Assembly: GCA_963721525.1 (NCBI GenBank)
Contig: CAVRJL010000008.1
Location: 1-64,000 of the forward strand
Origin: an uncultured Negativicutes bacterium
Lineage (GTDB): Bacteria > Bacillota > Negativicutes > JBAXTZ01
Direction: 5' to 3'
DNA length: 64,000 nt
The first letter of the stretch is position 1. Every line of letters begins with the position of its first letter. The notes beneath the pieces are model-generated. The model worked only from the letters and a program-made list of their open reading frames with translations. It searched no databases and was not told the origin of the DNA. This document shows positions 28,551-38,979 of this stretch, piece by piece. The position numbers and the translations under genes are program-made.

Positions 28551-28598
28551 AAAAACTCCAAATATATTGTAATACGACTTCGTGCGAAATCGTTTATT

Positions 28599-29499
28599 TT
28601 AAAAATCAAATTCTAATTGTTCTTGCCTAAGTAATTTATAATATTTTTCATATTCTTTATATTCAGCTAATAATTGTTTGTCGGTGTTTTTAATTTTCAC
28701 AAACATACTATTGCTATCAGCATTATCTATTGTAATAACATCACCTTCTTTAAGAGTATATCCATCAAACCAAGTTATTTGTTGTATAATTTTTAATTTA
28801 TCTCCTGTTTTAAGCTTCAAAATTCAAACTCCAATTGCTGATTCGCCTTTCTAAAATAGCTTTTTGGAAGTTGTAAACTTTTTCCAGTTCTATATATATA
28901 GACATCTATCCAAACATCTATATCTGAATTATCTGATAATAATTTTGCTTTTTCATTTTCGTGTATAATATCCATGACTGTTCTGGTTATTATAACTTCT
29001 TCATTTTTTTTATACATCATTAAAATCAAACTCCAATTGACCTAGTGTTGCCATTACAAACCAATCTTCCGGCCAGCCGTAAATTTTTTCTTCATCTTCT
29101 AAAAGCCTATAAGTCGTATAATATAAAAATGATTTATCGTTTGTACTTCTTATATGAAGTATTTTATTTTCATATTCTTTTACAATATTTTTTGAAAAAG
29201 AAGGACATAGTTTTTCTATTTCTTCTATTGATAGAAGCTTTACTTTATCGCCTTGTTTATACTTCAAAATCAAACTCCAATTGTTTATTTACTGCTTCCC
29301 ATTCACCTTCTATAAAAATAAATTCTCTACCTTGCTTTTTAGATTTTATTTTTATATCTTCTTTCTCCCATCCTTTTGGACCTATTTCATATTCAACATA
29401 ATTATCAGAAAATTCTTCTATGGCAAGTCTATACTCTAGCAAAGCACTTATATTTTCTAATTTTTCTTTATTGAGTTTTATTATTCCCTTAACAAGCAT
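28599..29499 (-). CDS. Four overlapping small ORFs (28599-28820, 28817-29029, 29010-29273, 29257-29499), each ending in QLEF[DE]F
   Basis: C-termini QEQLEFDF*, QQLEFEF*, GQLEFDFNDV*, KQLEFDFEV*; promoter TTGACA-N17-TATAAT at 29552-29524. Confidence 0.8.
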
Positions 29500-29566
29500 T
29501 GAATATTTTTCTCCCTGTGAATAATTATATAATTTTTATAAGTTTTTGTCAAGATATTTTTTTTTG

Positions 29567-29872
29567 TTATTTCAGTATTCTTTCTATTTTTTCAGCAAGA
29601 AGTTTTTCAGTTATAACGCCTTGAATAGAAGTCAATACGGAGTTATCTTGTAGAAAGATTATTGTTGGAGAAGAGCGTATATTGTATTCCTCACCCAAAC
29701 CATTAATATCATCAACTGAAATAATTGTAAAACAAATGTCTTCAAATTCTTCTGATAATCTATGAATTATAGGTTCCATGGCTTGACTTTGTATTGAATA
29801 GTCCTTAATGAAAAGGATATTCAACCCCGTTTCTATATCTAAATCCATACCCATGTCATATTCTATAAGCAA
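29567..29872 (-). CDS. Thioredoxin-fold protein lacking CxxC
   Basis: SIQS replaces CxxC; MEPII..L, ISVD, YNIRSSPTIIF. Confidence 0.7.
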   Translation of the reverse strand: MLIEYDMGMDLDIETGLNILFIKDYSIQSQAMEPIIHRLSEEFEDICFTIISVDDINGLGEEYNIRSSPTIIFLQDNSVLTSIQGVITEKLLAEKIERILK

Positions 29873-29919
29873 TTTCTTTACCTTCTATAACTCTAATATA
29901 TCAAAAAAATTGAATCTTG

Positions 29920-30570
29920 TCAAGTGTTTATTCCCGTGAGGTCTTTGAAATATGGTAGCGACGAGCACCAATCACAAAAATATCCCCAATCCTCAACTAA
30001 TTTATGCCCCTTACGTTGATTATACATAGTTTTAAGTTGAAGATAATTAGTTTTTATTGTCATCCACATTTCAAATCCCATAGGAAGATTGGAAAGTATT
30101 TCCATAAATTTTTCATAGTTTTCCTGTAGTTCTTTTTTAGACCAGATATGTCCATGAGAAGGTTTTCTATCGTTATATTCGTTTATAGTAATGGCAATTT
30201 TTTCTATTGTTTCTTTCCATACATATTTATTAAACATAGTTTGAAATTCATCACTTTTTCCCATAGCAAGAAGTTTATGCATTTTAGACTGACTACTTAT
30301 TATTTGATTGAAATGATATCGTTGAAACTCCATGCTCCAATACATACTGTACTTTACATCATAATATACGTCTACACCTGATAGAAAATTATCGTGGCCT
30401 GACCCTTGTTTAGCAGAGCCTAATCTATTTCCTCTCTCTAAAACTTCTACTTGCGGCCCTAAATCTTCATCAACTGGCTTAGTATTTATTTCTCCTATTT
30501 TCATAGGGTTTCCACTGGCTAATAAACTTCTTTCCAACCCTACCACTTCTACGTTCTTTATTTCTAACAC
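29920..30570 (-). CDS. Phage ThyX-like (thymidylate-synthase-complementing fold) protein
   Basis: GHDNFL, EFQRYHF..ISSQS, LPMG, TNYLQLK..QRKGHKL..W motifs. Confidence 0.55.
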   Translation of the reverse strand: MLEIKNVEVVGLERSLLASGNPMKIGEINTKPVDEDLGPQVEVLERGNRLGSAKQGSGHDNFLSGVDVYYDVKYSMYWSMEFQRYHFNQIISSQSKMHKLLAMGKSDEFQTMFNKYVWKETIEKIAITINEYNDRKPSHGHIWSKKELQENYEKFMEILSNLPMGFEMWMTIKTNYLQLKTMYNQRKGHKLVEDWGYFCDWCSSLPYFKDLTGINT

Positions 30571-30572
30571 TT

Positions 30573-30806
30573 TTACTCCTTAAAATTAAACTCTAATTGT
30601 TTAGGGTTTAATTTTCTATATTTAATATATTCTATTAATTTTGGACTATAAATATTAAAATAATTCATTCTATGTAGATAGAATATACTTCCAGCATCTT
30701 TCTTACTCCATTCATTATATTCTTCTAAAAACTTTTGACCAAATAATTTTCTAATATCATCAAATGGAGTATCATGAAATACTGGTAATTTTAATGTTTC
30801 TAACAT
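30573..30806 (-). CDS. Small protein ending in QLEFNFKE
   Basis: C-terminal motif variant. Confidence 0.75.
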   Translation of the reverse strand: MLETLKLPVFHDTPFDDIRKLFGQKFLEEYNEWSKKDAGSIFYLHRMNYFNIYSPKLIEYIKYRKLNPKQLEFNFKE

Positions 30807-31916
30807 TTATTCTCCTCCAGTTTTTTCTCGCACACGCATGTGCTCGTAATCTACATTAAAGTATATTTTATTTCCGCTTTCGCCATTTCTATTAGCATCA
30901 ATATATAACATAATATCTCCACGAGTTTTATCACGAGCAGTTTGATTTATTGTAATAAAATAATCTACTGTATCCAGTATGCCACGACTTTCAGAAACAT
31001 CTTTTGACGTAGTTAATGGTTTGCTTCCACCTCGTTCATCCATACTATTTCTATTTAGCTGTGAAGCCGTTACAATTGGTATTTTGTATAGTTTAGCAAT
31101 GTTTCTCATTTCTTCTGTTACTTTTTTGAAATACATGTATTTGTCTTCAACAGATAGACGAGGGTCATTAGTTTTCATAATAAGAATATAATCTATAATA
31201 ACTAAATCTGGTTTCCATTTCTTATACATAATCAAATCATTTATATTAGCACATAAATCATTTGACGAAGTAGTATTAGCCCCATATTCTTTTATTATTA
31301 TATCACCTTCCATAGAGGATAGTTTTTCTTTTATATCTTTTTTTGCTTTTTCTGGGTCGGCTATTATTTCTCGTGTAGACATACCAATAAGATTAGCATA
31401 GTAACGGGCAAGCAATCGAGTGGTAGAAGTTTCAAAAGAATATACTAAAACTTTTTTACCTTGTTCAAAAACGTTTATTGCTATATTACCTAAAAAATTA
31501 GTATTATGAGAAACTATTCCATTTGTATAATAACATTTATTTTCAGTGACTTGTAAATCATACATATTAGAATATTTACCATTGAAATAAACTTTACTTA
31601 TATGTTCTATTCCATTTTTAGTTACTATTTTATCATTAGTTAGATTTTTTACATTTTTCCATTTTCTATTTGTATCTATTAAATCTTCATTTTCTATAAC
31701 TTCTATTTTATGAAAATCGGTAAAGCAAGCTTTTGTTCCTTCAATGGTCTCTATCTCATATTCTGGATTTGGCTGCGTTTTTATTCCAGCAACAACTTTT
31801 TTGAATCCATCGGGAGTTTCTATTTTTAAAGATGGTGGAATAATATAATCACCATTTTCATTTACCTTGAAAGTTTTAAATAAATCACCTATTGCTATTT
31901 CTTTTGTTATTTTCAT
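30807..31916 (-). CDS. dnaB: Split intein C-fragment (138 aa) plus C-terminal part of DnaB/gp41-like replicative helicase
   Basis: Intein blocks (FTDFH; MYDLQV..CYYTNGIVSHN|T), then SFET, VIIDY, TASQLNR, SES, ANRNG. Confidence 0.9.
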   Translation of the reverse strand: MKITKEIAIGDLFKTFKVNENGDYIIPPSLKIETPDGFKKVVAGIKTQPNPEYEIETIEGTKACFTDFHKIEVIENEDLIDTNRKWKNVKNLTNDKIVTKNGIEHISKVYFNGKYSNMYDLQVTENKCYYTNGIVSHNTNFLGNIAINVFEQGKKVLVYSFETSTTRLLARYYANLIGMSTREIIADPEKAKKDIKEKLSSMEGDIIIKEYGANTTSSNDLCANINDLIMYKKWKPDLVIIDYILIMKTNDPRLSVEDKYMYFKKVTEEMRNIAKLYKIPIVTASQLNRNSMDERGGSKPLTTSKDVSESRGILDTVDYFITINQTARDKTRGDIMLYIDANRNGESGNKIYFNVDYEHMRVREKTGGE

Positions 31917-32848
31917 TGTTCCTCTTCGTGCGGATTGTATCGTATGTCCAATCTATCATTATATTTTTCTTTCATTGTTCTCAAAAATAATTTAGCCGAA
32001 GTTCCAGTTTCTATATTATTTATATAAATATATTTATCACCAAACGCTTTTATCCCAGCATTTTTTTTATTGATAGTGTTTTCTCTTCCTTCGTTCCCTT
32101 TTATTTCAACTATGTATTCTTCATCTATTATATAATCTGGAAAATAATGGTGAGGTTTTTTTTCATCATCTTCATAATATAATGGCTCTAAATTATATCT
32201 TTTTATATGTAAATTGTTTTCTATTCTATCAATTATATATTTCAGTTCCCAGGTTCCTTGCCAATATATTTCATCAAAATACCCACAGGAAAAATGATAT
32301 GAAGAATACAATCCATTTTTTTCAAAAGTTTCCATCATTTGTATTTTGCTTTCAATAGAATGATGCTCTCCAAACATTGGATGAAGTTCCCCCATTCTTC
32401 CAAAAGTAGGTGTAAGCAAATGTGCTTCTTCCAAAGAGCATTCATTTCTTTTTGCTATTGATTGTAGAGACATAGGATTATTATCGCCAGTAGATTTATT
32501 TGACATAGTTTCTTTTGCTTTTTTCGCTGTTTCTTCTCCAAATATTTCTTCAAAAGTTTTTCCTTTTCTTGGGCTGAGAACTTCTTTCGCCATCCACTTT
32601 CTATAGTCATCAATCATTTCTTGCGTCCATCCTCTTTCTGCAAGAGGTTTTGAATTTATTTTAGACAGTTTTTCTTTTTTTAGTTTTGCTTTTTCTTCAC
32701 CATATATTTCTTCATATGTTTTTCCGGCATTGGCTTTATTCATTTCTATAAATTTGGTTGTAAATTTTGAACTGCAACTACAAGAACAGCATATTCTTTC
32801 TTTTCTACCAATAAATTCTTTATTGCATTTGGGGCAAATATGTATCAT
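31913..32848 (-). CDS. Free-standing homing endonuclease between the intein halves
   Basis: N-terminal CxxC, repeated GKT[YF]EEI[YF]GEE, C-terminal PD-(D/E)xK motif YFPDY..IVEIKG. Confidence 0.75.
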   Translation of the reverse strand: MIHICPKCNKEFIGRKERICCSCSCSSKFTTKFIEMNKANAGKTYEEIYGEEKAKLKKEKLSKINSKPLAERGWTQEMIDDYRKWMAKEVLSPRKGKTFEEIFGEETAKKAKETMSNKSTGDNNPMSLQSIAKRNECSLEEAHLLTPTFGRMGELHPMFGEHHSIESKIQMMETFEKNGLYSSYHFSCGYFDEIYWQGTWELKYIIDRIENNLHIKRYNLEPLYYEDDEKKPHHYFPDYIIDEEYIVEIKGNEGRENTINKKNAGIKAFGDKYIYINNIETGTSAKLFLRTMKEKYNDRLDIRYNPHEEEQ

Positions 32849-33552
32849 ATTATTTCTCCTGTGAGGTCATCTATTTCATACTCCACGGTTATCTTTACAT
32901 CAGCCCGCGAGCACTTACCAACTTTTGGAACTCCACACATACAAGTTATTTCATTTGGATATAATTTTATTCCTATTCTATCAAATGAAGGAAATCCTGT
33001 TGAGATAGCATTCAAATCTGATAATTCAGTAGTCATTCTATCTACCGCAACATCAAAATCTTTTGCTGATAAACCTAAATCTTTATCAAAATTTATAGTT
33101 ATAGCTTCACGAACTTTTTCTACTATTGCCCCATAATTTCTATCATCCATATCAGTTTGCGATAGAGCAATGGCTTCAATCAATCTATTTTGCGTGATAA
33201 AATCTTGTGCTTCTTCAAGCAAATTTTGTTCGTTATAACCAGATGTATCTTCTGTATAATACTTATTTACTAATGCTTTTAGATATAATTTTACATCATC
33301 TTCTTCATTTACTTTATCAATAAATAATTCCATTTCTTTTTTATGAGGAAAAGAATTGAACTTTCCATACCAGCTGGAAAGAACATTAAAGATAAATTGA
33401 TTTTTGATGTCATTAAAGAATGATTTCTTTTTGTAGTTTGATGTTGCTAAATAAGGTTTTATTTTTAAAAAGAAAGACACATTATGAAGCGAATAAGCGA
33501 GCATCATTTGCTCTAATAAGGAACTGGGTATCTTGATGTTATCTTCTGCCAT
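32845..33552 (-). CDS. dnaB: N-terminal part of DnaB/gp41-like helicase plus 22-aa intein N-fragment
   Basis: ISTGFPSFD..., Walker A GVPKVGK| then CSRADVKITVEYEIDDLTGEII*. Confidence 0.9.
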   Translation of the reverse strand: MAEDNIKIPSSLLEQMMLAYSLHNVSFFLKIKPYLATSNYKKKSFFNDIKNQFIFNVLSSWYGKFNSFPHKKEMELFIDKVNEEDDVKLYLKALVNKYYTEDTSGYNEQNLLEEAQDFITQNRLIEAIALSQTDMDDRNYGAIVEKVREAITINFDKDLGLSAKDFDVAVDRMTTELSDLNAISTGFPSFDRIGIKLYPNEITCMCGVPKVGKCSRADVKITVEYEIDDLTGEII

Positions 33553-34151
33553 CTATTATCCTTTTTTCTGTTTCAAGAAAATCTTTTATATCATACCAAA
33601 AACACCCTTTACAACCAATTTCTTCTGTATAGTTTTCATCACCAAACGTCCAACTAAATATATGATAAAGTGTTTTTGCGTCAAACCTTTTATTTGTTTC
33701 TTTACATTTTTTACAATGTTGTCTTTTATTTTCATTCGCGGGACGACATAATGGTTGGAAATCTTCCAACTTTAAATCTACATCAGGGTATCTTCCATTC
33801 TTATGATCACATTCTATACCCGCTCTTGCTCCAGTTAAAGCACAAGGCAGTTTTATTATTTCGCTATATATTTCTTTACTTGTATCGTGGTTTTGCTTAT
33901 CTTTTCTAAATCCGTTTAATTTTATTTGTCTTATTTGACTTCCAAATCCTTTTATTCTTTTGGTTTCTATTTCAAAATTCACCCATAATGTCATCGCTTT
34001 TTCTCCTCCAAGCGCCGCCATTTTCGGTTAAAAAACCTTTTTCACCTGTTTTTTCTCCTAATTCTTGTAGATCAATCCAATCACTATAACCATTTTTATC
34101 TATACCTACATTATTTATAAATATAGAAGCCAATCTACTTTTACTCAACAT
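33539..34151 (-). pseudogene. IceA1/NlaIII-like HNH restriction endonuclease split by a +1 frameshift
   Basis: 59-codon ORF 34151-33972 (NGYSDW..NGGAWRR..EF*) continues in the +1 frame (EIETKR..IKLNGF..ECDHKNGR..DFQPLC..NENKRQHCKKCKETNKRFDA). Confidence 0.7.
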
Positions 34152-34851
34152 TTGCCCCTAACATTTTTAATCTTAATAATGATTTTTCATAATATTCTTT
34201 ATCTATTTCACAACCAATAAAGTTTCTATTTAATTCGCAACAAGCAACCGCTGTTGTAGCACTACCAGAAAAAAAATCTAAAACTAAATTGTTTTCATTT
34301 GAATGTTTTTTTACAAGTTCTTTTATTAAATTTAATGGTTTTTGTGTTGGATGAAATCTGCCTTTTTCATGGCATATTGGAAAACTATATATTCCATTAT
34401 CATAAGATGAATTAAATGTTGGATTTGATTTTTTTATACCCAAAACGGCTACTTCACGAGAATTGGTAAGATAATTTATTTTGCTGTTAATTGGGACCGG
34501 ATTAGTTTTTATCCACTCTAAAAATCTTATCTGTTTAAATCCTGAACTTACTAAATTATTTTTTAAACTTTCTATCTTCCATAAATCATAAAAACATATT
34601 ATAGTTCCACCATCTTTTAATACTTTATACGATGTGGATAATAATTCTTCAAGTCCAGAAAAATCTTTATCCCAACTTCCAAATTCATAACTCATTTTAA
34701 ATCGTTCTATTGTTTTTTCACCACTGGAAGCTTCAAAACCTGTTTTTCTTGAAATTTCATAAGGAGGATCTATTAGAACTAAATCTATTGTTTTTTCATC
34801 TATTGTCTTTACAAATTCGAGGCAATCTTCATTTTTTAATATTATACTCAC
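34141..34851 (-). CDS. DNA amino-methyltransferase (beta class, N6A/N4C)
   Basis: IDPPY, HPTQKP, VLDFFSGSATT. Confidence 0.9.
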   Translation of the reverse strand: MSIILKNEDCLEFVKTIDEKTIDLVLIDPPYEISRKTGFEASSGEKTIERFKMSYEFGSWDKDFSGLEELLSTSYKVLKDGGTIICFYDLWKIESLKNNLVSSGFKQIRFLEWIKTNPVPINSKINYLTNSREVAVLGIKKSNPTFNSSYDNGIYSFPICHEKGRFHPTQKPLNLIKELVKKHSNENNLVLDFFSGSATTAVACCELNRNFIGCEIDKEYYEKSLLRLKMLGANVE

Positions 34852-34905
34852 TATTTTATTATCCTTGTAATAAGGATAACAATAGTTTATTTTCTTGTCA
34901 AGACA

Positions 34906-35487
34906 TTATGCGCCACGAATTCTCTTATGCCAAAATGGGGAGCGCATGTTGAACAAGCCACAGTTATATAATTCATTTACAAATAGTTTTCTTCCCTTTG
35001 AATTTAAAGCAGACCATCCGATTTCTCCGTTCATCAAATAAGCTAATACTTCATATTCATCTTTACTTGGTAACTGCTGTGGCCTTCCAGTTAGGAACTC
35101 TGAAATGCTACCAACGAGATTTTTTCTTACTATATCGTATAAATCTTCACCAAGACGATGCAATTCGGGGAAGGTTTTTACTACTACAAAATTTCTCCTG
35201 TTTTGTAGAACATGCGTAAACTCATGGAGCAGATACTTTATTTGTTCGGTTTTATTTTTTTTAAAAAAAACATTTTTGTTTACATAAATAGTAGAGCCAT
35301 TATTCCAAGCAACTATATTTTGTTTTTGATTATCAATTTCTTTTACATCTATTCTATTTTTTATAAAAGAATTTATTTTAGTCATAAATGAAGGGGAATA
35401 CACTGTTGTTAACGCATGATTAAACAAGGATTCAATGTTTTCGTTTGTTCCTAATTCTACTTCGATTAGATAATCTTTTACTATCAT
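34906..35487 (-). CDS. HExxH (zincin-like) protein
   Basis: LLHEFTHVLQ; distal EVLAY. Confidence 0.75.
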   Translation of the reverse strand: MIVKDYLIEVELGTNENIESLFNHALTTVYSPSFMTKINSFIKNRIDVKEIDNQKQNIVAWNNGSTIYVNKNVFFKKNKTEQIKYLLHEFTHVLQNRRNFVVVKTFPELHRLGEDLYDIVRKNLVGSISEFLTGRPQQLPSKDEYEVLAYLMNGEIGWSALNSKGRKLFVNELYNCGLFNMRSPFWHKRIRGA

Positions 35488-35746
35488 TCTTCGTTTTCCT
35501 TGTTTCTATTACCTTTGCTTTGTCAATGTCATCTGCTTTGTTAAATGTATACTGTCTAACTTTTATATAGTAATCTATTTCTAATTTTAAGTTTTTTAGA
35601 ACATCTTCTATTAGTCCAAGGTCTCCATCTTTTATTGTAATGCCAGAGTATCTATTATAAGCATACACATCCCATTCATTCTGAAACAACCGTATTTCTA
35701 CAAATGGATAATCAATTTTTATAAGTTCTGCTATTTCTGCTACCAT
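35432..35746 (-). CDS. Hypothetical protein
   Basis: 104-aa ORF. Confidence 0.6.
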   Translation of the reverse strand: MVAEIAELIKIDYPFVEIRLFQNEWDVYAYNRYSGITIKDGDLGLIEDVLKNLKLEIDYYIKVRQYTFNKADDIDKAKVIETRKTKNDSKRLSNRSRIRNKRKH

Positions 35747-35777
35747 TTTACTCTATATACGTAGTAAAGATAAATTT

Positions 35778-36794
35778 ATGGCAAAACTTATATTAAGTAG
35801 AATAAATAAAAATAAAAAAATAAAATTTGACCAGCAACAGTTATCAAAAGCCATCACTTTATTGACGCAGATTATAGCAAAAGAAAAAGATCCAACAATA
35901 AGAAATAATTTTAAAAACATTAAAGCAGTTTTTATTGGCACTTATCCTAATTTATTTGCTTTAAAACAATCTGCTTTGGGTTTAAAAAAAATATTAAAAA
36001 ATACAGTTTCTGCTATAAATGAAGAAGAAGACGATAACAAAAAGAAAGCCAAGAAAAAAGCTGTAAAAAAAATACTTTCCAAGGTTTTAATTATACTTAC
36101 TGCTTCTATAAGCTTGGCTTCTTGCGGTTATAACACTTCTTTTTCTGCAGAAAAAACTTATGATTTATATGGAGCAGCGTTAACCATACGGTCTGATGAT
36201 ATCGTCTATGCTATTCGAATTGAACCGCAAACTATAAAATCATTAGAAACGGCATTGCAAACTTATCAAGATAAAGGAGATGTTTCTGGTCTTAACTTTA
36301 TGCAAATAAGCATAACAGATTCTATTTCAAATGTTGGTAATTTAGAAGCTATTGCTATAACTCATCCTAGCGGCAATATTGAAATGAGAAAGGATGTTCA
36401 AAAAAACGATCAGTTTGGAGTTTTAACTCATGAGCTTACTCACAGAATTCAATTTGAAAAAAATATTACAAGAACAGCAGGAGAAGAAAATCAATCAGCA
36501 GTATATAATTTTAATCCGATGGAAATAAATGCTACTTTTAGTTCATTTCTTCAACAATTAAAAAACAATAAAAATTATGTAGATGGAAGTTCTGATTTGG
36601 CTATTGCCACATTACTTGTTTATAGACCAACTTATTCTTTTAATAATTATAGTAGTACAGACATAAAAGCTGTTCATTCTTGGGTAAAGCAAAACAATCC
36701 AAGTTTGTATAAACATTATACTATATTAGCTAGCTCATCACCTGAAACTATTAGGTCTTACTTTTTATATGGAACTACGCCGAAGGGCTGGTAA
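35778..36794 (+). CDS. HExxH protein with an internal hydrophobic, lipobox-like segment
   Basis: VLIILTASISLASC; THELTHRIQ..PMEINA; preceded by GTAAAGATAA. Confidence 0.75.
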   Translation: MAKLILSRINKNKKIKFDQQQLSKAITLLTQIIAKEKDPTIRNNFKNIKAVFIGTYPNLFALKQSALGLKKILKNTVSAINEEEDDNKKKAKKKAVKKILSKVLIILTASISLASCGYNTSFSAEKTYDLYGAALTIRSDDIVYAIRIEPQTIKSLETALQTYQDKGDVSGLNFMQISITDSISNVGNLEAIAITHPSGNIEMRKDVQKNDQFGVLTHELTHRIQFEKNITRTAGEENQSAVYNFNPMEINATFSSFLQQLKNNKNYVDGSSDLAIATLLVYRPTYSFNNYSSTDIKAVHSWVKQNNPSLYKHYTILASSSPETIRSYFLYGTTPKGW

Positions 36795-37263
36795 AAAAAA
36801 CATCTGGTAGTTTCAAAAAATCTTCAAGCCAATAGCAAAACCAGCCCTTATATTCAAAATAATAGTCATTTACTTTATCGTGTGAAAAAACTATTCGTTT
36901 ATGATTGTTATATTTTACTATTAGTAATGGTTCTTTTTTGGCAAAATCAGCATCTGACTGAACTTGAATTATCCATTGATTTATACTTGAACTTTCATTG
37001 AAAAAATCCCATATAGTTGCTTTATCTGCATAAGCTTTACATTCTATAACAAATCTAAACCACACAGGACAAATAAGATCAGAAGTAAAAGCTAATCTTT
37101 GTTCTTCCGATAAAACCGATGCTCTATACCTATTATTTCCTCCAACCCAAGCTCCAGAGCTTACAGCACGACCAAAAAGTCCATCGCCAAAACGAGAGTT
37201 TAAAAGTTTAGCACAATCACGTTCATTTGTATTTCCTTTAGATTTTGAATTTAGCTTCGCCAT
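36775..37263 (-). CDS. Holliday junction resolvase (Hjc-like PD-(D/E)xK)
   Basis: SKSKGNTNER, SGA, SDL, IECK, W..Q...DA. Confidence 0.8.
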   Translation of the reverse strand: MAKLNSKSKGNTNERDCAKLLNSRFGDGLFGRAVSSGAWVGGNNRYRASVLSEEQRLAFTSDLICPVWFRFVIECKAYADKATIWDFFNESSSINQWIIQVQSDADFAKKEPLLIVKYNNHKRIVFSHDKVNDYYFEYKGWFCYWLEDFLKLPDVFFTSPSA

Positions 37264-37768
37264 TATCTTCTACTTTTTCGTTTTGTCCTATTTGAGGAGT
37301 TCCATATTGTTTTATGGTAGTTCCTATTTTATCTTCTCCATTTCCTACATGGAGACATTCGTGAGCATAAACAATCGCTTTGTTTCCAGTTAAATCATAT
37401 CCTCTTTTTATCATCTTTTTTTGTTCATAAACATAAAAAACAGCTTGTATTTCTTTATAACGAGGAACAAGATAGGATTTTCCAGGGTATGTCATACAAC
37501 CTTCAAGAACCTTAATTTGCCTTTTGCTAACTGGATAGAATTTTGGATTGATTACTATCTGAAAACTATTTTCAGTTTTTCTAAAAACAAACATTTTTTT
37601 ATAAACACCTATTTGTGGACAAGCAAGTCCTACAGCACCATTTTTGGCACAAAATTCTATCATTCTTTTTCCAAGTTCAATTATTTCTTTAATTTCACTA
37701 AATTGTATTTCTTCACAAATACAGTTTTCTACTAATTCAGGTGCTACAATTTTTAGCTCTTCATCCAT
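37238..37768 (-). CDS. def: Peptide deformylase
   Basis: AVGLACPQIG, EGCMT, HECLH. Confidence 0.9.
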   Translation of the reverse strand: MDEELKIVAPELVENCICEEIQFSEIKEIIELGKRMIEFCAKNGAVGLACPQIGVYKKMFVFRKTENSFQIVINPKFYPVSKRQIKVLEGCMTYPGKSYLVPRYKEIQAVFYVYEQKKMIKRGYDLTGNKAIVYAHECLHVGNGEDKIGTTIKQYGTPQIGQNEKVEDNGEAKFKI

Positions 37769-37938
37769 TTTTCATTCCTTTCATCTACAATTTCTTGAAA
37801 TTTTATAGTATTCAAATATGCTGTTATAGCGGCCTCAACGATATATTTTATTTTTATACCTGTTTTTTTTGAATACTCTTTTAATTTATCGTGTATTTCT
37901 TTTTCTAATTGAACTGGATGCGTTTTTTCCATTGGCAT
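37753..37938 (-). CDS. Ribbon-helix-helix DNA-binding protein
   Basis: THPVQLEKEIHDKLKEYSKKTGIKIKYIVEAAI pattern. Confidence 0.65.
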   Translation of the reverse strand: MPMEKTHPVQLEKEIHDKLKEYSKKTGIKIKYIVEAAITAYLNTIKFQEIVDERNEKWMKS

Positions 37939-38018
37939 ACTTTATATATGACGTAATATATTTTTCTATATTACCTTTACTTGGCTTGAGTAAAGATACT
38001 TTATATAAGGAGATTTTT

Positions 38019-38963
38019 ATGCCACATTTTCAACCACGAATGAATTCTTTCATGTCTATTTTATCACTTCCCACTAGCTATAGTGCTGGAACTGCTATTA
38101 CTTTTTCTAGTTCCGTATTTAAAATGACACAAAATTCTGGATATTCAACTTTGAATAGCGCTACTACTGTTTATGTTCCTGGAAATGCTTATAAGACAGA
38201 GATAGTAGTTCACGCAAGCGACTATACCAAGATTACTAACAATGGCACTGGTTCATGTATTCCAGTAAATCTTATGGGCTCTTGGGATGGAAACAATTTC
38301 TTTTTACTTCAATCTAATGGTGGTTCTGCTAGTGGCGCTTCTAATAATGCTACTGCTCCAACAAAATTTGAGCTTGTTCCTGCTCATGCTAATTATTTCC
38401 GAATCGACTTAGTTCTTGATGCCACAGGCGCACTTGTTAGTGGTCATGGCTTAAATGTTGATTTAGTTATTATGGATGATCCAATTCAAGGAGCTAGAGT
38501 TTGCTATTATGGTTCTGCGGTAAATGCAGCTGCCACTTCTACGTTTACTTTGGCACAAAATGCTACTTCTACTGGAAGCGTTTTAGGCCTTTCTTCCAAT
38601 CTTACTCAAACTGCCATTACTGCTGGTTCACTTACCACTCCTATTGCAATGAACGATAATGTGCAAAAGTTATATATTTTTGCCGCTCTTCAAGGCGTTT
38701 CAACTCCTCTAACTGGCTCTAACTGCACAATAGCTCTTCAAGGTTCTATGGATGGAGTTAACTGGTATACTGTAACCATAACTAATACCGCTTTGGCAGC
38801 TACGGCTAAAACTATTGTCATTAACGAAGTAATAGCTAATACTAATGTATCTGGTGCTTTTATTGGTAGTTTCTTCCGATTTAATGTTGTTGATGGAGGT
38901 ACTACTACTTGGACCAATACATCTACTGCTTATCTATATACCGCTATTACGGCTGTATATTAA
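38019..38963 (+). CDS. Thr/Ser/Ala-rich beta-sandwich protein, probable virion component
   Basis: Start MPHFQPRMN after AAGGAG; tandem paralog of 38980..40560; two GSxDGxN[FW] repeats. Confidence 0.8.
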   Translation: MPHFQPRMNSFMSILSLPTSYSAGTAITFSSSVFKMTQNSGYSTLNSATTVYVPGNAYKTEIVVHASDYTKITNNGTGSCIPVNLMGSWDGNNFFLLQSNGGSASGASNNATAPTKFELVPAHANYFRIDLVLDATGALVSGHGLNVDLVIMDDPIQGARVCYYGSAVNAAATSTFTLAQNATSTGSVLGLSSNLTQTAITAGSLTTPIAMNDNVQKLYIFAALQGVSTPLTGSNCTIALQGSMDGVNWYTVTITNTALAATAKTIVINEVIANTNVSGAFIGSFFRFNVVDGGTTTWTNTSTAYLYTAITAVY

Positions 38964-38979
38964 GGAATAGGAGAATAAT

